64,000 nucleotides of DNA from Bispira polyomma (Eukaryota): positions 10,478,001 to 10,542,000 of the forward strand of contig OZ287749.1 in NCBI GenBank assembly GCA_965649765.1, given 5' to 3'. Below the pieces are notes generated by a model. That model searched no databases. It saw only the letters and a program-made list of their open reading frames with translations, and was not told where the DNA came from. Positions 1-12,389 of the stretch are shown here, piece after piece; the first letter of the stretch is position 1; each line of letters opens with the position of its first letter. A program made the translations under genes and the position numbers.

Positions 1-41
1 GTGTGAAATACAAGCCCAAGCGAGGTTACTATTTCTGTCCT

Positions 42-108
42 GCCATCAACTGCAGCAAATGGCCATTAACTGCAGCAAATGGCCATTAACTGCAGCAAAT
101 GGCCATTA
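42..108. repeat. 20-bp tandem repeat, ~3.4 copies
   Basis: GGCCATTAACTGCAGCAAAT repeated head to tail. Confidence 0.9.
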
Positions 109-789
109 AAATCCAGTAAAAAATTAGAGTAAATTATCAAAATTTTGCTCCAAGTTTCATTTGCCAATTACACATTTTTTTTTCTTGTTGTAGGCTGTAG
201 AAGTTTGAAATAGGCATGCTTTGTAAAAGCTAAAAGAACTTATCATACTGACAATAACAGAGTAAGATAGTAAAATGATCAACCTTTCAGTTTTACAGCA
301 AATTTTTATAGTAATACTTCATTGTGAAGCTTTCTGTTATCAGATAGATTGTAAAATTTACCAGTGTAAACACATCTGCAAAAGATATGCTATATATTTT
401 AAAAACCAAGAATCAACCTTAAACTAAATAACAATTGCTGTAGATTTATTAACTTCACTTTTCAATTTTTCTGTGTTCAACCAAACCAGTTATTTTTTGG
501 CTTGGGAATATTTATATAATATTTTTATCCTCTAGTGACATTATTTGCACATTTTTTTTTGTCTTAAAGTGTAACTTGACATTGTAGACTTGTATGCAGA
601 TGAGTAAGATCACCTTAACACAGGCACAGATATGTTTCTGCATGGGGTCTCCAGACATTTCATCTGTGAAGAGACATATATGTTTTTTTTGTAGGCCTGG
701 GCTGTTATGAGAAAACACTTAAAAACCTCATTTATAGGGGTAATTTGTTTTTCTAAGGGCACTGTGCGCTAATTACGTCGAATACGGTA

Positions 790-2230
790 TAAGAAAACGA
801 ACAAAGGTTAGTATTTAATCAAATAATCTTAATATCCCCCAATACATAATTTAACACAAGACCGTATCGGTCCGTAATTGCGTGACCGCTTCACTAGCGT
901 AACCGCTTCATTACCCCCTATCGACAAAAGAAAGCTCGTCCTCGAATTGCAATTCATTACATAAAGTACATTATAACACATAGTATTTCTCATACAGAAT
1001 CCTAACAACAACAAAAAAAAACAAAAACAAACAAAACAAACATACATAGTATTCATTAAAGTAAAACATGGTAATCATGAAAGAAAAATATCAACAAAAA
1101 TGTAACAATACAATTTCTATTGAAAATATATGATCAATACAAAAATTACAATCTCAAATCACATTACTAAATCAATCGTATATGATCAATACATTAATAA
1201 AGAAAAACACACAAAAAAAAAAATGTTTACGATCTCTCAATCCTACATTACTAAATCAATTGTCTCTGTCCATTAACTCTTGTGCCATCATGCACCTAAA
1301 TTTAACCTTTAAAATTTAACAAGAAAGTTCATTGAAGCCTGGGATCCATCCACCTCTGCAGGTCTGGCAGTTCAGAAAGGAACAATGAAGTGATCCTGGG
1401 CACGTCCACCTCAGTCAACTTCCACGGCATAGGCATAACAGTCAACCCCGCCTGGATTACAGGAACGTCAGCCTCTGGTTTCTCATCAAACAATTGGAGA
1501 AATCCATCCTCCGGTTCATCTCTCCACTCTGACAGACACTGCGTGTAAAACGTATCATCCTGAGCTTCAGAGACCTCCCACCCGAAAGGATTAACGCTAC
1601 CAGCCGGAAACCATCTACCCGATCTACAAGAGTGCACCATCACTGGACTGAAAGGTATATCCATATCTCTCTTCCTCTTCTGAAGTGGAATAGGATTCCC
1701 TAGACTTAACATGGGCCGTCTGTCCTCAAAATGCTCCTGAAAAGATCCCATCCTAGAAGCAGGCAGTATGAAGGCACAGTCTGCCACCTCTTCAAGATGT
1801 GTCTCACCATCTTTTACGTTGTAAGTGACAAAGCCACACTTGGTACACTTTTGGATAGCACTGAAAATATACCGTCCATAAAGTAATCTTTAATGTCAGA
1901 TAAGGTTTTACCCTTAAATAACATATACCTCTGTTTACAACCAGCAATGATTCACCCAAGCTGACCTTAAAATCCTCTGTAAAACAACATTTTAGCTGAA
2001 AATCTTTAAGTCTTCTGGGAAGTCTAGTGCGCTGTCCATAACACGTCGTCCGTTGCACAACAACATCATCCGCACCACCTGAAAATGAATCGCCCTCTGT
2101 TTTACCAGGGAGCACAGTATTTACAGCAGGCTTCGTTTTACCAGAGTGCCCAATGTCATTAGTAATATATCCTGTTTTACCAGGCTCACTATCAGTCACT
2201 TCATCTCATTCACATCTGGGTAAATAGTGT
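790..2230 (-). mobile_element. 3' fragment of a Gypsy-like LTR retrotransposon (integrase tail, extra 3' ORF, PPT, start of 3' LTR)
   Basis: ORF 1804-2199 contains RTTCYGQRTRLPRRLKDF, like Gypsy integrase C-terminal tails. On the minus strand TTCGAGGACGAG..TTCTTT..TAGGGGGTAA is followed by TG at 910, a typical pre-LTR/PPT signature. Confidence 0.6.
1329..1860 (-). CDS. Accessory 3' ORF of the Gypsy-like element, with a CxxC-x12-H-x6-C zinc-finger-like start; probably spliced
   Basis: Frame of ORF 1329-1787 stays open upstream to a TATTTTCAG acceptor at 1861: AIQKCTKCGFVTYNVKDGETHLEEVADC... Confidence 0.4.
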
Positions 2231-5130
2231 ACGGATCCCTGTGCTGACCGCTCTCTGCGGGGACGTCGGCATAAATCCGGGCCCTCCATCATCCATGCTA
2301 AAGATCAGTGCTTTTGACGCCTGCTTCCTGCAGAACAAGGCGCCTACCTGGACGAGACGTGGTTCAGCAGTAGGTATACCACATCTTTCCTGACAGACAT
2401 AGCTCCTCAGGGTTACAATTTTTTTTCAGTTTCCTAGGCTTCCAAAAACGCGAAAAGGGGGGTAGGCATCTTTGTAAAAATGTTTTCTCCTGTAAAATTT
2501 GCAAAACTAGTCCTATTTGTCTTTTTAATCTATCACATGCAAAATTTCAAACGGTTATCAGTCATTCCTGGTTTCCTCTTTTGACCACCCTTCTCTAGCT
2601 ACCTTTACTCAAAGAGTTATTTGAATTCACAGAGACCCTCAACCTTATCCCATCTAAAGCTATCATCCTTTGTGATTTTAACATCAAGGTTGACTTAAAA
2701 AATACCATAACAAAAGATTTCAACAACCTCCTTTACACTTTTAGTTTCTCACAGTTTATTTCTAGTTCAACCCACCTCCACAATCACATATTTGATCTGG
2801 TAATTGCAAGACCAAATTCAAATCTGATCAGTGACTCATGGATAACTGACAGGATTTCAGATCATCTAGCAAATTTTGGCCATTTAAATTTGCCAGTACC
2901 TGCTTCACAAAAACCTTGCGTGATAAAATACAGAAATATAAGAAAAAATTAATATTGACAAATTTAGAGACAATATCTTGCATCAAATCTTATTAAACAT
3001 CCGTGCGAAAATGCTGATAGCTTCACCTTACAATACAATCAGAGCCTTTGTACTATCCTTGATAAATACGCTCCATGGGTATCTAAAACCCTTCACCCAG
3101 CGAACCCCATGAATGGACCTATGTTGCCATCACAAAGGCTAAAAGACGCAAGCGCCAACTCGAGCATCAATGGCGTCGTACCAAATCCTGGTTCAATAGA
3201 AGCCGTTACCGCATCACCACAAACAATTTCAACAGCTAGTATCTTGTTCCAAAAGAAATGAATCTATCATCGGTGATAATCAAGACAATCCCAAAATTTT
3301 ATGGGCCTCCATAACAAAATACTGCGTTGAACCTCTGAGCAAGTCCCCCCCCCCCCCCCCCTATAAATCACTGTCTTACATTTTTAGCAGATAAATTTGG
3401 AAATTTTTCATTAATAAAATCAACAATATTCAAACAATGTATCATTTCTGTCCTCCAACCCCAAGGTTTAGGGTTTCTAACCTGTTCCATTTCTGCACTC
3501 TTTCCCAGCAGGATGCTCTAATCCTCTCCTATTGAATCTTCTTAACTAGTTCCTATCCCAGTGGTTATTTTAAATCGATGCCTTGTCATTCTAGTCACAC
3601 CCATAACTAACGTATTAAATTTTTCTCTTTGGGATGGTATTTTTTTCCACCTGTTTCAAGACTGCAAATGTAAATCCCTTGATAAAAAAACAAGGGCTTG
3701 ATAGGAACCAGCTCAAAAACTACAGACCGGCATCAAACCTAAGCTTTGTCTCTAAGGTTATCCAGAAAGCTGTAGCACAAAAAATTTCTGACCACCCCAA
3801 CAGACATAACATTGTAAGTTGTCACCAATCTGCTTACAGAAAATTCTGCAGAAAACTCTACAGAAAGGGCCTTTTTTTCTGTTGACAATGATATTATTGT
3901 GGCACTGGACTGCAAAGAAACTGTGGCCCTCGCGTTTTTGGATCTTTCAGCAGTATTCAACACTATTAATCATGGCCTGCGCTGTTCCACTCTCAAACAG
4001 TGGTTGGGAATAAATGGCATTGTCCTTGAATATATCAGTTCCGACCTTCCTCTTAGAGCACAAATAATTAAATTAGATGATCACCTATCGTCTTACTTAA
4101 ACCTACCATACAGAGTACCCCAGGGATCTGTCCTTGGGTCTCTACTTTTTACCCTTTATACACATCCTCTTAACACGGTCATCAATAATCATAATATTAA
4201 CACCACATGTATGCCAATGACACTTAAGTGTATCTCTCTCTCAACCCTCAAAATGCAGATACAAATATTGATCTACCCGCTGACTGTCTGTCTGCTGTCC
4301 GGTTGTGGATAAACTACTCCAAATTAAAATTAAACTCAGACAAAACTGAATTCATTCTCATAGGAAACAAGAAAAACTGTGAATTTTTAAAATCTTTGTT
4401 CCCCATTTTCCTTCTGAGAAAAGACATACTACTGAAATGCCAACAAGCTGGGGGTCACTTTTGATTCTGCCTTTTCGTTTGACTCATATTGCCAACATAT
4501 GTCGTTCCTGCTACCACATACATGACATCAAAAGAATCCGAAACCAACTGTCAATGTACACTGCGATAACTATGGCTAACGTCTTTGTGAGCAACTGCCT
4601 CGACTTCTGCAACTCTCTTTTTTTGGAATAAACAATTTACAGATTAAAAAGCTCCAGTCTATTTAAAACTACCTATGCAGGGTGATTCTTGCCTGGGTGG
4701 TCGCACAGACATCACTCCTTACCTCAAAAAATTACACTGGGTGTCCATTCACTCTTGAATTCTGTTCAAAACTCACGTTACCACTTTTAAGGCTGTAGTC
4801 ACTCAACAGCCCTCCTACCTTGCTTCCCTTCTCTCTTTCAGTAACCGTAAGAAAGGAAACAGACTGTTTCTGTTTCTTCAGTCAGATCCATTAGGAAGGC
4901 GGGATCCCAAGCTTTCTTCATTGCAGCTCCCTTGTTATGGAACGGTCTCCCAGTTGACCTTCGATCAGATGATACACTCATCGGTTTAAGGAGAAAGCTT
5001 AAAACCTATCTTCTTAACCTTGCCTACCCACCCTAGCTTCCCTCCTGTACACCCCCACATCTTTCCTTACGACCTTGCTTTGCCTATGGATTTTACAATT
5101 GGAACATTGATTATGCTGTTGTGCTTAAGG
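2230..5130 (+). mobile_element. Decayed L2/CR1-group LINE (endonuclease + RT, many frameshifts)
   Basis: Fragments [53 protein letters not shown]; ends RKLKTYLLNLAYPP*. Confidence 0.9.
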
Positions 5131-6805
5131 CTTTAGTAATGTAAACACAAAAAACGATTGCCGCTAAACCACGTTATGGATGCTAGAGCTTCTCAGAAAT
5201 TACACAACTTTTTCTTTGTGGCCTTAAACTCGATTTATGGATAACATATTTACATTTTCATCAGTAGAAATAATAAAGAATGACCTATATTTTAATTATA
5301 TATTAATTCATATATTTTACGTATCATTTTAATAGGCAACTTGAGACATACAATACATATAGCAGTGTGTCAAATTGTAACTAAAATGGGTAATATTTTC
5401 AAAGTACATGCCTCACAAATGTGACACAATTCATATACCAAAAAGGGATCAATACTGAAGTATTGTACATGACTAGAAAAAGGAAAACAGCTGCATTATT
5501 TTGAATGAATTCGTTTTGTATATAAGTACAAAAACGGGGATAATTTTAGAAAAACATTAAAGTTTCACTCTTCTAAACAGAAAGATGTTTTGTATTCTTC
5601 GTTTTTGTAAAAGAAGGAAACATATTGAAAAATGTAAATCATTCAAAATAATATACACGTTTTTTAAAGTTGTGTAGCGTATATATTGTGTTCATATATG
5701 CTGGATCAATACTCGTATTGTGTCACAATAGAAAGGGCTCTCTGCGAGAATTGTCTACAAATATGACGTTCTACCATAGTTTTCAAATTGTGTGACGTCA
5801 CAATACAAGATTCGCTGTACTACTGTTTTAATCATTTTTTAATGAAATATTGAAGTTTTAAATTGTTTCTGCATATAAAAATAGTTAAAACGGTCATAAA
5901 AGACATATTTTAAGGCTGCCATAGTAGGTAGTTGTGGTCACAATATTTTTGTAAGTCCAGTATAATCTACGGGCTGCGCGTTTGTGTGTTTACGTTACTA
6001 AAACCTTAAGAAGATGTCTAGCATCAATAAAGCGCATTAAAAACTTTATAATATTAATAATAAAAAAATTTCATGGGGTCTTCTTAAAACAAGTCACATT
6101 TTAGAATGTTACTGTATTCTTCAGAAAATCCGTACACAAAGTCATACATAGTTTATATTAACTGTTACTTATAATATACTGAATGTCCTCAGCACTGCTA
6201 GTGATGGTTCTAACATTTCTGAGATTTAGAACCGTCGGTATAAAATATATACTGTAGCACTAGAGATTTTATGTAAATATATTGTAAATTATGTGAGCTT
6301 AAGTTTTTATTCCTTATTGTAATTATTTCTTACAAAAGTTATAATATCTTTGGCACAACCAAAAGAACATGCTATATCTGTATATATCTATATTACTTGC
6401 AATCTTTCAGGAAAATTTTACTTGTTATTGATAAATAGCCCTGTTAGAAATGTTTCACCTTATTTTACCTACTTCAAATGATACAAGTTGAATCCATTTC
6501 TGTTAAAATGAGTCATTAAGACACTTATATAGAACAAAACATCCTGCATAGGGTGCCACTATGTAAATGTCATTAAAACTTTACATATAAGATGACAGTT
6601 TGCATTCAATTTTGAACGTGTTCATTTGAGTAGCTGTGTATTCAATATAAGATAGTTTACTGTAATTGTAGAACAGGTTAAATTTCATTGTAAACTTTAA
6701 ATGAAAAAAGTCATATACAAAATATAATGAAGATTTTTGACAAACAAACATGTGCTGTGAGCCAGGGACACACTTTAACAGTTGTAAGTTTTTGTGTTGT
6801 TTCAG

Positions 6806-6926
6806 TGTATAGTTCAATCCTATCTTCAGTGGCTCCAGGACAGTGACTATGACCCTACATGTCGTCTGTGTGGTAAAACCTTGGCCACTGGAGGGGAAGA
6901 CTCCTGTGTACGACTACTCTGTTATG
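6806..6926 (+). CDS. ZFPL1: Zinc finger protein-like 1, internal coding exon (first exon in window)
   Basis: TTTCAG acceptor, GTAAGT donor; [22 protein letters not shown]...RLLCY matches the ZFPL1 family; phase 0 to 1. Confidence 0.95.
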
Positions 6927-7277
6927 GTAAGTTTAAGCACAGAATCTGCAATAAACTGACTGTGACTATAAAAAGTTCAGTAGATGTTCCACATAACATA
7001 CAAAAATAAACACGATCAATGATATACAAAAGCAATATTTGCATTGGTCAGTGGACATACAGATACTGTACATAATATAGACAAATACACACTGTCGTAA
7101 TATAAAAAAGTAAATGCTATCAGTGATATACATTATTGATATTATCAATAGTCAGTATACACAAGGTTCAGTCAATACTGTACGTAAGATATCTAAAGTA
7201 GACAATATGACTGGTCACCTCACCTGTCATGTTGAAACACAAGTTGTATATTAATAGACGTGTTCACTGGTCCTGTT

Positions 7278-8048
7278 CAGGGTTCGATGCTTGCGGTAGT
7301 CCGAGAGTACCAAAAATTAAAACAGACTACTAAACCCCTTGTAAAAGGTAGTCCGACAGACTACTTCATATAATCTAACATACATCGGCAAATTTGTACC
7401 ATAACTTTAACCAACACTGTAAATATGATGTTTAAATGAAGCAAAGACACAAACCTGTCATTATTGCTCACTTGGTCGAAACCAATAAATAATTTAACAC
7501 CGCACACTGCATATGTTTAGTGTTCCTTCTAAAACTCGGAGTTCCCAAACAGAGCTCTGTTGGGAGGTAAAATCGCCCAAATTTTGGGAGGTAGCTTAAA
7601 AATCGCATAAATCTTGGGAGGTAGCTCTAAAATCGCCCAAATCTTGGGAGGTAGCTTTAAAAGCACATATATTTCTGGATGAATGTTGGAAGATCATAAA
7701 ATAATATCATATTTATTCTTCATTCAGGGTAATCATTCATAATACAATACACAATAATACAAGTTACACAAATACATAAAACTTTTTCACCATCCATTAA
7801 AAATTATACAGATAGAAATCGAAAATTAGGTCCCACCTTAACTTACAATATCTCAGTGAATGTTTAAGATTTTTATAATCTTAAACATGAAAGGATAATT
7901 CAATCTTACAGAACTTCTTTAATGAAGATTTTTTTTCTGGAGCTTGACTATATTTAGGCTGAACTACCAAGTTTTTGTTCGGACTACCAAAAATGGAAAT
8001 CAGGTAGTCCGGCAGACTACCACCATATTTTGTGAACATCTAACCCTG
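7278..8048. mobile_element. Non-autonomous hAT-like DNA transposon with 5-bp TSD
   Basis: TIRs CAGGGTTCGATG / CATCTAACCCTG; TSD CTGTT at 7273-7277 and 8049-8053; internal ~31-bp repeats TTGGGAGGTAGC at 7560-7660. Confidence 0.8.
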
Positions 8049-8126
8049 CTGTTTAGACGACTAATCATTGTGTATTACTCTGGTTCACTCCCACTTCACA
8101 CTATCTTCATTCTGTGTATATTACAG

Positions 8127-8320
8127 ATGTGTTCCACTGGTCCTGTTTAGATGAATATGCAAAGCGGTTGCCTGGTAACACGGCTCCAGCTGGGTACACG
8201 TGTCCTATCTGTAAGGCGGGTGTCTTTCCAGCAGGCAATCAGGTGTCCCCAGTGGCTGAGTCTCTGAGAAAAGTCTTATCTACAGAAAACTGGGCACGAG
8301 CTGGTCTGGGAATGCCACTG
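8127..8320 (+). CDS. ZFPL1: ZFPL1 coding exon (RING/PHD-like finger, second half)
   Basis: TTACAG / GTAAGA; [30 protein letters not shown]...[11 protein letters not shown]; phase 1 to 0. Confidence 0.95.
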
Positions 8321-8884
8321 GTAAGAGCTGTATATATTATCTCCCACCGGGCTGGAGATTATAAAATGCATGGCATTTTTATTTTAGCCAATATCACTGT
8401 AAACAGAAGGACTTGAAGGTCCTCTTTCTTTATCAATTACTTTAAAGGTCAAGGGTCACCATAACCTATTTTTGTTATATGATTGTTGATATACTTAAAG
8501 GCCTTTATATCTGGCTTATTATTGGTCCTCCAGGTTTCGGAGGTGAAACAAACTGATAGGAATTGATGAGCTAAGAATATTTTTAACAGGTCTCATTTGA
8601 TCTCAAAAGGTCGAATTTGACTTTTGACCCATCCTTCAAAGTCATAGTGGCGTGTCTATACATTAGTGCCCTTATATCGTGCTTATTATTGGTCCCACAG
8701 GTTTGGGATGTGAAACCAACATGTAAGAAATCATAGACTGGGAATCTTTTCATCAGGTAAGGTTTGACCTTTGACCCCTCTATCAAGGTACATGTGTGTT
8801 GGTTACCTGAGACGTTTACTGTTATGTAGTTTTATTCCAGATGGAAGTCCCTCTCACTACGTAATGCCTGTACTTTTATTTCAG

Positions 8885-9065
8885 ATCGAGGAAGCCCCTC
8901 CCCCTCCTATTAGTGACATCACAAACCCCCAAGGGGACATTCCTTCGGCAACTGTCCATGATGGTATCCAATCCAAGCCTGCTCCCAACAGCCACAGTGT
9001 TATCAGTATGGATGACCCCACTGTGTATGCTCGTACTGCAGAGAAAACAGGGGAGGCATTCCAAG
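8885..9065 (+). CDS. ZFPL1: ZFPL1 coding exon (low-complexity linker)
   Basis: TTTCAG / GTAAGC; IEEAPPPP...HSVISMDDP...; phases (0 to 1) fit both neighbouring exons. Confidence 0.85.
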
Positions 9066-9069
9066 GTAA

Positions 9070-10452
9070 GCCATTCATAGCCATATATAGACAGACACAT
9101 AGTCATACAGAGCCACCCATAACCATATATAGACATACACAGCCACACACAACCATATATAGACAGACACAGTCATACACAGCCACATATATATAAGCCA
9201 CCCACAACCATACAGACATACACAGCCACACACAGAGACATACACAGCCACACACAGCCATATATAGACCGCCACATACAGTCATACACAGCCATACACA
9301 GCCACACACAATCACAAAGACATACACAACCATACATAGATCCACAACCACTCACAGCCAGCCATAAAAACCTCACACAACCATATACAGCCTTACATAG
9401 ACGCACACAACCATACATAGCCATACACAACCACTCACAGCCACACACAACCGTACACATACCCACAACCACTCACAGCCACTCACAACCGTACATAGAA
9501 CCACAACCACTCACAGCCACACACAACCATACATCGAACAGCCACACACAACCATACATAAAACCAAAACCAGCCACACACAACCATACATAAAACCATA
9601 ACCACTCACAGCCACACAAAACCATACATAAAACCACAACCACTCACAGCCACACACAACCATACATAGAACCACAACCACTAGCCGTATTCGAGTGGCG
9701 TGTCAATACTTATTTTTTGCTGATTTTCGCCAATACTTATGTCTCTGCTTTCGGGTGGCTCTCAATCGTCAAGAAATAGGTATTGAACTAATTCATATAT
9801 ATTGGCTGATAACTTCTATAACCAACCCACGTGACTAAAAAATGGGGGGACAAGTATCTAAGTGAGTATGGTTAACAGCTGAATGAAGATTTTGTTTTTA
9901 CATTTCAAACTTTTTAAAATTGGCGCCGTGCATTAATATATAGAAAGATGCAAACGGAAATAGAAGTTGCCAGGAAGATCAGACATTTCAAATATATATC
10001 AACCATCCATATTAGTCAAATGATTTCAGCAAATATTATATTGATAATAATATAACATTGATTTATTGATAGCTTAAATTTATAAACAACTATAACACAA
10101 TTTTAACAAAGAATATATTTGTAACTATATTATGCATCGCCGGCTCCACATATCAGTGTGAATCGGCATGTAAATAACATGTGTCTTTCTATAAGTATTC
10201 ATTCTACTGGCTTGTTTTTCTATAAGTATATTTTTTAATGCGCAGGTGGGTGGGGCCTAAATACTTATAGGAAAACGATGCCAGTAGAATAGCTCTACTC
10301 ACAACCACACATAACCATACATAAAACCACAACCACTCACAGCCACACACAACCATACGTAAAACCACAACCACTCCAAGCCACACACAACCGTACATAA
10401 AACCACAACCATACATAGAACAACAACCACTCCCATCCACACACAACCATAC
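9070..10452. repeat. CA-rich degenerate minisatellite (ACAACCATAC / ACAGCCACAC motifs), split by a ~615-bp insertion at ~9682-10297
   Basis: Direct reading; explains the spurious Cys/Val-rich minus-strand ORFs. Confidence 0.9.
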
Positions 10453-10545
10453 AATAGAAAATTGAGGTTCTGTGATAGTGGTAAACCGTATACCATTAGT
10501 GAGTATATTTTATGTAAGCTGCCATGAACACAAGTTACAGACCTA

Positions 10546-11253
10546 GGCCTGTATTCACTAAAGTTGTTTTACTTAGAATAAGACTTTTTGGTATTCATTA
10601 AAGTTCTTATACTTAGAATTTTTGCTTATTCTTAGAAAAATTTCTAAGAATGAGCTTTAATTCTAAGAATGATCAAGACCTTACTTAAGTTAAAAAAGAC
10701 ATAGGGCCATACGCACTAAAGTTGTTATACTTAGAATAAGAATCATTCTTATACTTAGAATAAGAATCATTCTTATACTTAGAATAAGAACCATTGTTAT
10801 ACTTATAAAATTTTCATAAACAAAGAATATAATGTTTTTTTCTTAACTTAAGTAAGGTCTTGACCATTCTTAGAATCAAAGCTCTTTCTTAGAAAACTTT
10901 CTAAGAATAAGCAAAAATTCTAAGTATAAGAATTTTTCTAAGAATAATTCTAAGTATAAGAATTATTCTAAGTATGAGAACTTTAGTGAACATGAAAAAT
11001 TGTTATTCTAAGTATAAAAACTTTAGTGAATACGGCCCCTGGCATTATTATGTATTGCTTTTCACAATTCTTAGTTAAGAAAATTCTTATTCCAAGAATA
11101 AAAATAACAATATTCTTAAAATAGAAAATTTTCTAAATATAAGAATGATTCTTATTTTAAGTATAAGAATTATTCTTATTTTAAGTATAAGAATGATTCT
11201 TGTTCTAAGTATAAGAATTATTCTAAGTATAAGAACTTTAGTGAATACAGGCC
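10546..11253. mobile_element. PIF/Harbinger-type palindromic MITE with a related copy nested at ~10704-11038
   Basis: TIRs GGCCTGTATTCACTAAAGTT / AACTTTAGTGAATACAGGCC, flanks CTA/CTG; inner GGGCCATACGCACTAAAGTT / AACTTTAGTGAATACGGCCC; internal ~24-bp repeats. Confidence 0.8.
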
Positions 11254-11719
11254 CTGATTACACTTGACCACTTGACGCCTGTTTATCAGTCCTATTAGTC
11301 TTCATCATAGTCATTCATAAACAGTAGATTAGAAAACATAGTGTAAAATTTATTTTTGCCTTTTTTTTTCTTCTTGCCCTTTTGCGATAGGCTTTGTACT
11401 CTATTGAGCTTATGTCTTCCTGTCTTTATCAGGTGCAGCCTAATGTTGTTTTCATTCACTATCTTGGAAATAATATGTAAGGCCTTCATGGATTGGTTGG
11501 AAGCAAGCGACCTGTCCAAACTGAGTGGTGTATGATTAATATTTGTAGGGGTGCCCACTTGTCCGGGTATATAGTGGCCATATCAACGTTTGTGTATTTC
11601 ACACTGTGCGCCTGTGTCTTTTTTTAAAAGACAACTCTTGTTGATAAATTACTGTAGGTCACCATTTTTAGCAGTGCTATCATGATACAGATAATACAGT
11701 ACACACGTTGTCTTTGTAG

Positions 11720-11837
11720 ATTTTAGAAAAGTATTTGACACCACAAAGGAAGAGAGGCTGTTAAATGTATCACATGATCATGATCTGGACAAGTATAAGC
11801 GGAGGCCAGCATTGCAGTGGTTTTTCAGATGGTTTAG
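11720..11837 (+). CDS. ZFPL1: ZFPL1 coding exon
   Basis: TTTGTAG / GTAAGT; DFRKVFDTTKEERLLNVSHDHDLDKYKRRPALQWFFRWF resembles ZFPL1 RKVYDT...DKYRRRPALGW; not in the ORF track; phase 1 to 2. Confidence 0.92.
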
Positions 11838-12389
11838 GTAAGTGGGGTGACCATACAGCCTAGTGTTCATTTTAGGATTTTCAGTCCTAAGTATGAGCTC
11901 AAATGCAGAGATGTTGTCAGCTTTTGAAAAAAAAGAACAGGGAATTCCTCGTCGGCCTTAGAATAGTGGGGGAGTTTATAATTAAGGGGGCGGACAGATA
12001 TGCATCAGGGTCACTAGTACTTGCAGTTGAATTAAGATCAATCCCAGGAACTTTACCAGAAACATTATAAGGGTGCAGCCAAAAAACATTTATGAAGTTG
12101 TTTGATTTCTGATCTTCTGTTGCGATCGTCTTTTGTTGACATACATGTTTTTACTTTAAAAGTTCAACTAAAATGGCCGAAACGCTAAAGAAGGTATGCT
12201 GCCATAAGGTTTCGCAAACGGCTTTCTGGACAAGAGAAGACCAAACATACATTGATCTTGCATTATACCTTCAAAAGCACACGAGAAATGGTTGAAAACA
12301 CGAGATGTGCACACTTGCACGACCTTGCAACATCTCTGCAAATGAGTTCATATTCTATCCTTATGTTGACCTTGAACTACTGTTACGCT

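Noticed and set aside
1-6805. Search for the ZFPL1 first coding exon (MGLCKC...)
   Set aside because: Not found by eye; presumed to lie upstream of the window
9075-9472. Overlapping Cys/Val/Tyr-rich minus-strand ORFs (also 10204-10496)
   Set aside because: Translations of the CA-rich minisatellite that are open in several frames
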